Shown: in pieces, positions 25,761 through 37,470 of the stretch
Layout of the letters: each line of letters starts with the position of its first letter
Position numbering within the stretch: position 1 is the stretch's first letter
NCBI RefSeq assembly: GCF_001194135.2
Contig: NC_068986.1
Location: 79,481,756 to 79,545,207 of the forward strand
Direction of reading: 5' to 3'
Source: Octopus bimaculoides
Lineage: Eukaryota
Length of the DNA: 63,452 nt
The notes under the pieces: model-generated
Database searches by the model: none
What the model was told of the DNA's origin: nothing
Seen by the model: only the letters and a program-made list of their open reading frames with translations
Translations under genes and position numbers: made by a program

Positions 25761-26519
25761 ATATGCGAACTTTAGCTGCTAAAAGGCAAATTTACTGGAG
25801 CTACTATGTAGAAAAATTCTGTTATGGTATAAAGGTGTAAAAACAACATATCTGCGCAGCGTCGCCCCCTGACTCACAGACATTGATATGTGTAGCTCTT
25901 TAGCCGTTATCAATGAGAAATGGTTAAGAGTGACAACTTTGGACAGCCCTTATCGAAGCTATAGCTTTAAACGAAATACAGTCAACAACATTGACTTATA
26001 TGTACTAGTAGACTGCTGAGGTTGTGGAAATTACCGTAATATCAGCACCAAGCAGTGCTTAGGTAGAAGCTAACTTTAGGTTAGTTGAAATATGTTTTTA
26101 ACATATTTCAACTGCTAAAAGACAGTATATATACATATGTCGAAAAATCCAACAGTCCTCCCGCCAGAGTATCATAAGGCCAGTTTCCTAGTTTCTGTGG
26201 CGTATATTTTTACCCCTGCAGGGAGGCAGGTATGTCACAGCATTACACATTTTTGCTTCTGCCCCTTGAGTGAACTGGAGCAATGTGAAATGAAATATTT
26301 TATTCAAGAATACATTGCATCGCTCGATCGAAGGATTCAAAACCACAATCATACGATTACGAGTGCAACACCCTAACCATTAAGCCATGCACACCCACAT
26401 ACGCACGCACATCCACATACGCACGTGCCTGCACATAGGCACGCACATCTACACACGCACGCACATCCTCATATGCAAGCATATCCACAAACGCATACAC
26501 ATATGCACAAACGTATGCA

Positions 26520-26730
26520 TATCTTTTATCCTTTATATTTGACTTGTTTCATTCATTGGAATGCGGCCAATTTGGGGCAATGCTTTCAGGGTTTAGTCAA
26601 ACAAATTAACACCAGTACTTATCTTAAATCTCGTTACTTAGTCTAATTGTCTCCTTTTACGAACCGCTAAATTGCGGTGTCGTAAATAATACCAATACTA
26701 TAAAACGATGGTGGTGGACAAACAAAAACA
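26520..26730 (-). mobile_element. SINE 3' half (taggcgcagg family)
   Basis: atcttttat...ttgtttcattcattgg...gcggcca...gaaccgctaa; the reverse complement matches the 3' block of the 50109 copy. Confidence 0.7.
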
Positions 26731-27291
26731 TGAAGACCAACACACACACACATACAAACAAACAAGCCCACAAACAAACAAACACACGCACACACACTCA
26801 CTCTTACACACATGCACACATATGTATATAAACATACGCAAATACATGCACATGCAAAAGCAGAGCTGCTGAATATCCCACTCATACAATTACAAATGTA
26901 TTATAGGCATGGGCCCTGCATGGATACATTAATCCCTCGCCATATTGCAGTTCACCTAGGAACGGCTCATTATTTAAGCTTACGTTGTTTTGCATTCATG
27001 ATGAAGTAAATATATACAAATTGCAAAACTAATAAAAGAAATATACAGTACAGTACTGCTTCTACTTCGTGGATATTCACCTAATACAGGGGTCTTGGAA
27101 CGTAACACTCGCGATAGTCGAGGGATTACCGTACATATGAAAGCTGAGAAAGATATTCAGAGATAGATACGTAAACATAGCAAGAAAACTTATTTGTTAA
27201 AAATCCCTAGAATGAAGAAAACTCGAAGTTAGCTACATTTACACCGATTCCCACCATGTGTATGTGCATGTGTGTCTTCTTATATATATAT

Positions 27292-27420
27292 ATATACTAT
27301 CATCATTAATGGGCGGTAAATAAAATTTCTAAAATTTTTTTGCTGCCCTATAAATTGGCGGTAAATAAAATTTCAAAAATTTTTTTGCTGCCCTATAATT
27401 TATTAATGATGATAGAATAT
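27292..27420. repeat. 19-bp inverted repeat enclosing a 45-bp tandem duplication of self-folding units
   Basis: atatactatcatcattaat / attaatgatgatagaatat (1 mismatch); units at 27311-27355 and 27356-27400. Confidence 0.85.
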
Positions 27421-27555
27421 TTTTTGGCTAATTTCTGAAAGAAAATCGGCATTTTTGTATTTGCTGCCGATAAGGTAAAGCGCACATGCGCGGTTAATTA
27501 TGAAAAATTAACATATGAACATAAGCCGTGCTCCCTATGACTCGTGTTTATATGT

Positions 27556-27648
27556 AATCTGGTTATTCCGCTGAAGATAGTTTGACCATTGTAAGGTATA
27601 TTTTTATCTTGCTAAAATAACTTGAAACCATGGTACGGAATATAGATT
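27556..27648 (+). ncRNA. Type-I hammerhead ribozyme, well formed, bulged extended stem I
   Basis: Stem I tattccg/cggaata (7 bp) plus aatct/agatt after an internal loop; CTGAAGA 27571-27577; stem II t-agtt...aact-t with inner gtaaggta/tatcttgc hairpin; GAAAC-CATG-GTA; predicted cleavage after 27635. Confidence 0.85.
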
Positions 27649-27903
27649 GGTAAATGTTTTTATTTTTCATTCCCTTTCGAAATTATTCCTATTTTTTAAA
27701 GGACATGCCCCAGCATGGTCGTAGAACAATAATGAAAATCAATAAAGGAATACACAATTACATATATATGTATATGTGTCTCCCTCTCTCTCTATATATA
27801 TATATGTGCGTATGTGTGTGTACATATATATATATTGATACATATATACGTGCATATATACATATATTCAAACACAATGGTATATTTATCTCCCTCATAT
27901 ATA

Positions 27904-27957
<54 letters not shown>

Positions 27958-29184
27958 GTACATAGTTGAAGTTATCGATCTGCACCTGAAACGCAAATAT
28001 AATGTAATAAAACGAAGAACAGAAAGAGCAAAGACAAACGTGCAATTAATAACTATATTTGTTTCTCAGCATATCGAACAGATCCTGTTGCAGATTTCGA
28101 CCCAGTGCTTATGTTAAGAAATCAATTCACATGATATTTAAATGCAGTAAAGTAGCGGAAATCGTCCAACTAAATGTGAATTAGTTTAGTGTACATTTAT
28201 TCTGAATTTGTATTCGCACAATGTTTCCCACTGTCTATTATTTTACATCCATTTTCGGACAATAGAGATATCCAATACTCATACGGATTCAATTTTTCTT
28301 TCAGTTATATACTTACACGCATAAGATAGATATGTGCCTCATTGTAAATAAATAAGTAAATCGACTTCTGGAAATTCACACTCACATACGCAGAAAAGAA
28401 AGAAAAGGAGCGCACACACGTGCACAAAAACACACACATGTGCCCACATATGCATCCACACACACACAGATTCATCACTCACAATCACGTGCGCTTTGAC
28501 TTCACATAACTTCATATTCTCATACCATATGCGTAGACAAATACATAGACACACATGAAACAACGAAACAACAAATTATATCATTAGCCTTTGCAGGAGA
28601 AATATTTCATTGCTGAGATTTCACAACGACCGTACAGCAAATCAGCAATATGACTTGACAAAGCCATGTTGATTCAGCTTCCAGCATCACTAATTCGACG
28701 CTGACTTAGTTGACATCCGACGTTTTAATGTTTATGTCTATGTTTATTAAACAAACGGAGAGAATATTTTGCAAATGCATTACATAAAGAAATTATGGAA
28801 TATTTATCCTGCAAACGTATTGAGGCAAACACATACACATATTTTTTTTCATTGTAAAATATATAAACATATGCGAGCAAGACTCTTTATTTCATGTTGC
28901 TCCAGTTCATCAGAGTGAACAGGAGTTACTCTGATCCTACCTAAGTTGCGATGCCTTGGTCCATATAACTGTCTTTCTCAAATTATATACTCTTGCTGAT
29001 CATTTTCCTTACACTGTCTGCATGAACATTAACTGCTAGGTTTATCCTTTCAACTTGAATGAATTACTCAACCTGCTGCTGAAAATAGATAATCCCCCAT
29101 ACCTTCCGGAACAAGTTCAACTATGAACTTTATACTTCTAACATACATTAAAATTTATCTCTAGAACTTTCCTTCTCACACGCC

Positions 29185-29286
29185 TTGTCTCTGACGATGG
29201 AATAGCCAGTGTATGTGGATGTGGATCAGCATATTGAAACATATTGATCCAATACCTGGGATATGCCAGAAACAGCTGTAATACAT
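29185..29286 (+). ncRNA. Type-I hammerhead ribozyme motif, 71-nt stem II
   Basis: tgtct-CTGACGA(29191-29197); stem II tgg/cca, ccag/ctgg, gtat/atac, tggatca/tgatcca; GAAAC-AGCT-GTA-ataca; stem I 4/5; predicted cleavage after 29280. Confidence 0.75.
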
Positions 29287-29489
29287 TATTTACTTCTACT
29301 GTTCCTTACTTTCATTCATCTTTACTTTAATTAAATATTCAAAATGATATGATAAGCTTGTTCTGCCTTGGTTTTGTTTTCCTTTTCCTTTAATTTGTAC
29401 CCGCTGACTCGGAAGTCTGCTACGGATCCCTGCTTCAGCCTCTCTCTCTCTCTCTCTCTCTCTCTCNNNNNNNNNNTATATATATATAT

Positions 29490-29930
29490 GGAAAATGAAA
29501 CAATCTTTTACGTTTCGAGCCTATGCTCTTCAACAGGAGGGAACACGAGAAAATAAACAGAGAAAGAAGGAAAAAGCTGGATTTAGTGGTCAAGCATGGA
29601 GACTGATTAGAAAAAAGGCTGGAAGAAAGGGAGATAATAAAGTGATGGTGATACCGATGAAGGTGCGCGTGCGTCTTTGTCTGTGTAAGAATGGGGTGTG
29701 TGAATGTGTAAATAGGGGCTAGTGACTCTGACAAGTCTTTGGTAAGTTTGGGTGTGTGCGTGTGTAAGTGTGTGCGTCTGTAAGTGTGGCTGCCCATATA
29801 GCGGTATGTATGGTACGCTATTGAAGATCGTGTTGGGAGTGTGGATGATAGTGTGGTGTGGATGCTGGGAAGTGGTCAGTGCTAGTGTGTGTGTGGAGTG
29901 GTGAGGTTTTTGAAGGGGGTAAGGACAATC
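29490..29930 (-). mobile_element. Non-coding repeat with CA-rich body ending in the CUGUUGAA motif
   Basis: Shares body sequence with 6930-7030 and the ribozyme-like end with 24655-24846 and 34000-34190. Confidence 0.55.
29504..29540 (-). ncRNA. Minimal CUGUUGAA hammerhead-like motif, copy 2
   Basis: Minus strand: cctc-CTGTTGA-A-GAGC-atag-GCTC-GAAAC-GTA-aaaga; stems II and III intact, stem I decayed. Confidence 0.5.
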
Positions 29931-30004
29931 AATGAAGAGTGGAGGTGTGTAGAAGTGAAGAGAGGAAGTGAATGTCAGATGAAGAGAGGAATCGCTTACT
30001 CATC

Positions 30005-30330
30005 AAAATTCTTGTGAGATGTCACCAGAAATATGTTAGACGTCTTTTGAACATCAATTGAAAATCTTTTACATCAAATACAGGATTACTGAAGAAAAGC
30101 GAGCAGTCTCAGAATGTGCACTCATCACACCATGAAGTATGCCGATCATGTTATTCGTCTTCATAATTTCAGACCTAAGAAGCAATTACTTTACGGAATA
30201 TTTGCTTTTTGTAAGCAATCTCAGCACAAACCTAAATGGATATATATATGACATCTTAAGCTTTTGTAAAGAAGCCTATAGGTGTTTCTCTTTTGTTAGA
30301 TTGGCAGTTGTGAGAATATTGTTGTTGCTT
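30005..30330 (+). mobile_element. RTE-clade LINE fragment (RT C-terminal region), decayed
   Basis: Broken frames give CHQKYVRRLLNIN*KSFTSN, HVIRLHNFRPKKQLLYG and KQSQHKPK, matching the RTE post-RT motif. Confidence 0.65.
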
Positions 30331-30548
30331 TTGGTATTTTTGTATTTAATCCTTTTGCTTTGACAATACGCAGGTGAAAGGTGAAAGCTTGTTTAGAAAG
30401 TCCTACGTGCATGAATAAATTCTAAACTATAACATAACCCCAAATACAATCAATAAAATTATTTCCAAAACACTCAATCCCACATATCCCAAGGTGAATT
30501 TTCGCCAAACCTAGACTATATAAAGGCAAAACTGACACCAATGCACCT

Positions 30549-30613
30549 CAGTCCGACAATGGCTTAGCTGGCCGAAACTGTCAACAACATTCTTGTATAA
30601 GAATAATAAATGT
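30549..30613 (+). repeat. Dispersed repeat end with hammerhead-like CCGACAA...GAAAC motif, copy 2
   Basis: Matches 22186-22265. Confidence 0.7.
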
Positions 30614-33074
30614 GTGTCTGTATGTGTGTGTGCATCCTTTCTAACACTGCATACATCATTAATAAACATTTTTGTTTCATTCGCATGTTTTTTGTGCTAT
30701 ATTGTTTTCTCTTTGACACTATGTCAACGGTATCCGAGAAAATTTATGAGCTCTTGTAATCATCTGGTAATTTTCTGTATCAGGGATTATATGTTCCACT
30801 TTATCCGTTTATTAATAAGGTAGTAGATTGTTTTTTATGTCAGATCCTGTGGTTGCAGTAGAAAACATTGTACGAAATTGGATTTTTGGTTGAATATACA
30901 TCTAGTAATGCTATATAATATCTACTAACACATGATGACAGCTAAATTTGATCATAGTTAAATTTCATTTTGGAAATAGATCCCATTGTGTATCATACGA
31001 TATTCATTTCAAGAGTTATTGAATATATTCTTTTTATTTCACTTGACACAAGATTCATCATTATTACTATCGTTGTTTTTCTCCAAATAATTCATAATCA
31101 AGCAGACCTATTATCAAATGAATTACTGTCTTCATCATCCGCCTACTTGCAAGTCCCTACGACTGCATTATCCAATATAATTTTCCTGCTTTGAAGAAGA
31201 TAGGTTTTTACGTGTTGCTTTAATTGGTGTACAAGCCTGTCTCAAGATCATAAATTATTTGAATTGGCTTCTATATGGTTTAAAACTTGAATTAAGTTTT
31301 CACAAATCTACGTTTTTGGTTTACGTAGACAGAATTCATATATTAGTTTTACAACATAAAGATGGAAAACTTGATTTCAGATACGTATGTGGAATGCTTT
31401 TCTCCAAGAAGTGAAACTGCAATCTAGATTTCTCAAGACACTCACCATGTTTCTCTTCATCTAAGCAACTAATTTCATCGGATCTGTTACAATTTATACT
31501 GTGTATAGTCATCACAGTTCGTTAAACACAAAATTTAACATAGGGGATATAAATTGGATAATTTGATGCTCAAATAATTTTAAAGGACATTTGAAGCAAA
31601 GTAAATGAAAATAATTTCTACGAAGGGCCGAAACCGCTTTCTGATATCCTCCATGAGACATTCTTCCAGAATAACGAATTCATTTTTATTAGCTATATAA
31701 TTCTACTTTATATAGTATAACGGCTTCCTATTGCAGGTAAACTGGTGGCGTAACTGAGCTGGAATCGATTCAACTAAGCAAATCCAGCATTGAAAGCAGT
31801 TCCTTTCATGTAAGGGATTAGTGCCTTAAATAGAAAAATATATAGATCACATTTTCCCCAATTCCTAATCCCCTAAAATGTAAATCATTGATGGAGGGAG
31901 AGAGATAATGTACCGCACATACATTTGATCACAATATACAAATCATTTTTTCAGGTTGTTCAACAAGAAAATTGCTGAAACGTCTTTCCTAAGCTACAAA
32001 AGACTACCATCATTGAACTCACTAAAATCAATTGCATACTCGTATTTTTCATGTTCATTTCAACACGTATGGTTATTGATTATTTACATTGTTTGGAACC
32101 AGTCAACGTTTGGTAGACTATAAAACAGTGAATAGGAATGACGTAACAAACACCGAAAAAAATTCTTCAACTGTGACATACAATGGCAATACGCCCAAAG
32201 TCTGTCTTGTAGGAGAGATGATGATTATCAGCACGTTTGTTTATTATTACACTATGGTATTTGCTTACGCCAATTTCGACAATGGAAGGCATCTTGAAGT
32301 TGTATATGCTCACGTTTAGTAGTTACAAAAATGTTTACTGCCACTAAATAGACGCTGGAAGTCATAGCTTGTTCCTGCAGTAAATTTAGATGCTTCATCA
32401 TGCACCACTTAAGATAACTCTGAACTTTTCGATATTTCAAGAATGAGATTCAAAACATACAATGGCCACGTGATTTAAGACAGTGACATTTCAAATCCGT
32501 TTCTATTTATTTGTTTGTTGTAGCTTTGTTATTTATAACGTGTGAAGAACTGAGTTATTTTTCACACACGTTCATAGATATTTCGTGTTTTTTTAGAAGG
32601 ATTAAATGAATGGGAAAATAGCGGAACACTTATTTTACTATGTCTGTAGCTCGATGAACGTTTCACCTTTTATATAACAGAAGTGAGGAATAACGAAATA
32701 TCAGAGAGAGTTTTTGACCCTACATTTCAAATCTTGTATGTTATAGCAAATATCTTTCATTTACAAGATGGCGGTATTCACCGAGTGAAATTATATCACA
32801 TGCTAGTAATTAGTAAGTTAATTATAAAGTGGCTCTCACTACGAAACCTTAGATAACGCTATCATTTAAAATATTAACTACTATTATTCTCTGATTATGT
32901 ATTCCACGTTTTCTACGCCCACGAAAATTTAAACGATGGGGAAATACGTCAAATCTCTTATTAAATAAGTAAAATTCCAATTCCGTAATGTGTTGAGAGT
33001 GGTTTCCTTTGGGGTATTGAATCATTCGTATGTATGCGTGCATATGCATATATAAATACATACGCTGATTGACT

Positions 33075-33131
<57 letters not shown>
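33075..33131. repeat. (GATA)n microsatellite
   Basis: Direct reading. Confidence 0.95.
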
Positions 33132-33133
<2 letters not shown>

Positions 33134-34049
33134 CATATTGAAGTACACAATTTTCATGAGCTGGCTGTTATCTGACTATATGAAACAGTTATTATAAACC
33201 ATTTGTATATACCCATCCGATTCGATTACTTGATAAAATCCTACTGCGATTTGTAATTATTTTTGATTCATTCATCAAAATGTATAAGATATATCTTCTC
33301 ATATGTATTTTAATACTGCAAATACGAAACTTTACATAATTTTGGCCCATATAATTGGTCCCACATAATTTTGGCCCACTTAACAAGGGCAGGGTAGTGG
33401 TTTACCTCCCTTGTTACCTAATGGGTCTATAAAGAGGCTATTTCTAGAAGTCATACTATTTATCAAATGGAAACAAGTAGCAAGCCATTATGCTTTTACA
33501 TTGCAATGAATTATGTAAAAAATGAAACTGGTTTGTAATTATATAGGTTGAAATATTTAATTATGTATTGCTGCAAATAGGTACTTAAGAGTGTCTAATA
33601 ATGCTTTTCGAAAGGTTTTGAATGTAAAAATATACTTTGGAATCTGTAAACCTGAAATGATTTGTTTGTTGTAATTTATTTTGAGTAGGATATGATATTT
33701 TGGAATATATAATAATGTATTTTGAAAAAATATGATTGTATTAATCTGTTTTCCAATGCATATTATTGTATTTTGAAATGAATTAATTGAAATACTATAC
33801 ATTGGAATTTATTAATAGCAATGTAAAAGGGGAAAAAACCTATTTACGTATTATTATTTCTTTTGCTTATCCCCTCATTCGTGTGGAATATTTTTAACAT
33901 TTACTCTCCACCTCACTCCCTTTCCACTTTCATTCTCTCACCGTATAGATACATACATATATACATATATACATTTACATACACGCAATATATATCATGA
34001 TTCGCTAAACCTTTTTTCATTTTCTTTCTCTCTGCTTGTTTCTGTGTTC

Positions 34050-34085
34050 CTTTCGGTTGAAGAGCGTAAGCACGAAATGTAAAAG
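34050..34085 (+). ncRNA. Minimal CUGUUGAA hammerhead-like motif, copy 3 (decayed)
   Basis: cttt-CGGTTGA-A-GAGC-gtaa-GCAC-GAAAT-GTA-aaag; stem I 4 bp intact; three substitutions relative to the other copies. Confidence 0.4.
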
Positions 34086-34204
34086 ACTTTCTCACTTCCC
34101 GAGCGTTAAACTAATACATCTGTCTGTTGTTCACACACCGGTCTTTGTCTTTTGTTTTGTCTACTTTTTTTGTTGTAAATTCTAAATATATATCTTATAT
34201 TTGT

Positions 34205-34380
34205 TTTTTGTTTCAGTCATTAGACTGTCGCCGTACTGGGGGACCACCTTCAAGAGTTTTAGAGGAAAGAAGCGAGTCTGTGCTTATTTTGAAAGTCTGA
34301 TACTTATTCCATCTAAATTATGGGAGTGTAAACAAAACAACACCGGTTATCAAGTGATGCTGGGAACAAACAACAAAAAG
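34205..34380 (-). mobile_element. SINE 3' half (taggcgcagg family), decayed
   Basis: tgtttcagtcattagactg...accaccttcaag...acaccggttatcaagtgatg; the reverse complement matches the 3' block. Confidence 0.7.
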
Positions 34381-34390
34381 GACGCATAGA

Positions 34391-35394
34391 GTATCCTTTC
34401 GGCTTGGCTGCCAGCATATCAAAACTTTCTGAAACTTTTGAAAAGTTTCCTGAAACTTTTAAAATTTGGCACAATAATACACTTGCCAAAACTGAATTGC
34501 TGGAGCTATTTCATTTTTTCCTAGAAAAATGTTTTTAAAAAGTTATAGAGGTTTAAAGTTTGATCATTTTCACCCCGTCAGGAAATGGGATTCGGAAGAT
34601 GACATTGTGTCGTCAACATCCTGAAAATATCACGTGTTGTCAATATGTGTATAAACAACAAACAACACGTGATGTCTCCGATAATTTTCTTTCATTTAAA
34701 TAAATCTTATTTAGCTGTTATTTTTAGCATACCTCACAACTACCTCAATGCTTAATAGAAATGCAATAAACAACACGTTACATGCGATAAACATATTTCA
34801 ATTTTTAACAGAAAGATTTGGAAGAATTAGATGAAAGTTCTCCGGTAATTTTCTTTCGTGTAAATAAATGTTTATGTTGATTTAAAAATTTGCCAGCAAA
34901 ATCTTATAAAATGACAATGTTCCAAAGGATGTACATGTTTACATGTTATATATGAAAATAAGAATTTTAAAAAATTGCTTAAACAACAAACATTTAAGTA
35001 TGCAATAAGCAACAAATTACAAACTATTTTTGAAATTGAAAACGAAAGTTAGAAATGCATTCAATTAATAATTAACACGTGCTTCCTCGCAGATAAATGA
35101 CTTTTCAAAGACTGCTGTCAACACCTGCTTCCTCGCAAACTTTTCAAAGACTGTTACTATGGCAATAGACAAAATAGTTCTCATGTTCCGCTTGTTACTA
35201 TTGAAATAGACATGAATGTTTGTGGCTTACGATTGGCTAAAATTGACAAAATTTTCAAACTTCAATAACTAATAGCTTTTATATATTGATTTGTAGCGAA
35301 ATTTCACATCATTAATTACCCTATAAAAGGTTACACTGTATATGAAATCAATTCGAACAGAAAATTGATGCTGGCAGCCAAACAGAAAAGATCC
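34391..35394. mobile_element. Non-autonomous DNA transposon (MITE-like) with 27-bp TIRs and 8-bp TSD
   Basis: Left end gtatcctttcggcttggctgccagcat vs right-end reverse complement ggatcttttctgtttggctgccagcat; flanks cgcataga (34383-34390) and cgcatagg (35395-35402); no ORF. Confidence 0.85.
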
Positions 35395-35544
35395 CGCATA
35401 GGCATATACATTTATATACATATATATATATATACATATAAATATACATACATACATACATACATACATACATGCACATGCACACATGTATATACATACA
35501 TATATGTATGTGTGTTTTTTTTTTGTGTGTGTATTGTTCTTTTG

Positions 35545-37470
35545 TGGCACAAATATCGATGTGTTCATTTAATGCTATTTTTCTGTATTTTCATGTTTTA
35601 ATTCGGGATCTAGGTACAGCCATCTTCTGGCGTAGACTGTTTTCAGCTTGACCAATGTATTGCCCTCGACACTCTGAGAAAGTTAACACATATATCTGGC
35701 TTCAAAAGCATATGTGAATTTGTTTTTCACTGTAAAACGTTGACCCAGTTAGAAGGAGAACTCTGATCCCTCAATTAGGATGACGCATATACCACAGTTA
35801 GGTCTTCCGTATTTTTTTTACTGTCGGTTTCAATGTTCTTTTGCTTGTGTTAGAATACTTTTCATTGACTTGGACTGTCTTCTGCTCTTTATAATGGTGT
35901 GTGTTTGGAGAATGTGATTCATTCTATGGTTCCTTTTAATAAAGGAATGTTTGGAGGATGGTGTCGAAAGCCTCATTGTTTAGGGTTGCCTGTGGATATA
36001 TATGTTAGGGATTTTAATTGTCATTCATTCTTTTGTTTGGGATGTCTGAATTCGTGGATGTTGAGTTATAGGGCACGTTGAAAACCTATATCAGTTAGCG
36101 ATGGTGGATAACTCCTGCTGATGAATGTAGCCTTTAGTTCATGTAGTCGTGTGTCCCTGGTGCTTGTGTCAGATACTATAGTGCAGATCCTTTTTGCCTA
36201 GTTGAAAGGGATATTCTGGAGTGGCATGAGTTGAACTGTAGATATTGCTTAGAGTCTGTTTCTATGTTTCTGTTGGATTTTTTAAAAGAGGATGTCAAAG
36301 AATGGAAGTTGTTCATGGCTATATTCCATCGTAAATTGAATGTTTATGTGAAATCAATTTAGAAGTGCTTGAAATTCTTTAAGTTTCTCTGTACTTTCAT
36401 GCCAAAGAGTGAAGCATTCACCTAGATACCTCTTCCAGTTATTTTGTATGCAAAGGCGGAATGGGTTTCCGTATTTTTCTATTATCTTACAATAAAGAGT
36501 GATTTCTAGGTACCCCATAACTAGGTTAGCAAAGGAGAGAGCCATTCTCGTACCCATCGCATTCCCTATTAATGTCAATAGACGTTATCACTGAATACGA
36601 AGAAGTTATTCGCCAAGATGAATTTTAGCTCTTCTATTACGAATTCTTTGTTTGGTGCAGTGTGGGAGTTCATTGGAGTACTTCTCTAGCCAGAATTGAA
36701 TTGCCGACTATTCCTACGTTATGGTGTATATTAGAATGTATGTTGATCATATTAAAGGATTTTTATTAATTGTTTTGGGGAGGTGGTTGAGCATATCTCG
36801 GTCGTCCCTTATGTAGCTTTTGATATGTTTGAGGAATAGTTTTAAGAGGGTATCTAAAATATTGCTAAGGTGGTAAGTTTCGCATGCGAGGCCTGCTATT
36901 ATAGGCCTTAATTTGTGGTCATTAGGTGGAGGTACCTTGACTATTATGTCTGTGGCTCCTCTGCATGCGTTACCTATTTTTTCACTATCTTAGGAATGCC
37001 GTAAAATTGACTGGATTTATTTTTTGAAGTCAGTTATATAGTTGTATTCCTTGTCAGTGATCTTTTCTATATATAGGTTTATCCGAGTTTTTAGGCTTCT
37101 CATGATTCTCTGCTGACTTTAATGTTGGGACTTTTCATAGTATGATGTGTCTTCTAATATGGGTGGCACTAGAGTTATATAGTATTCCGTGTCCCATTAA
37201 GACTACTGCACTTCCTTTGTCAGCCTCTTTGATTGTTATTGTTTTATCATTCCTTAATCTGTTCAACTCAGCCCATTCTTTCTAGCTGATGTTTGGCTTG
37301 TTTGTGTGTATGTGTTGATATAGGTAATGAATGATGTGTTCCCAGAAATGGTCACAAATGTTGTTCTGACATTTTGATGGGGTGTAGTTACGTCTATTTC
37401 TAGCTAACGGTTCGTCCTCGTTGTATTTGTCGCATAGTTCCTCGGCGAGTTGCAGTTTTCTACAATTTTT
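35545..37470 (-). pseudogene. Penelope-like element relic (Neptune-like): RT plus GIY-YIG, many stops and frameshifts
   Basis: Minus frames: ITIKEADKGSAVVLM; GNAMGTRMALSFANLVMGYLE; WKRYLGECF (decayed RYxDD); NIPFN*AKRICTIVSD; K(Y)GRPNCGIC linker Cys motif; LNEHIDICA near the 3' end. Confidence 0.9.
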
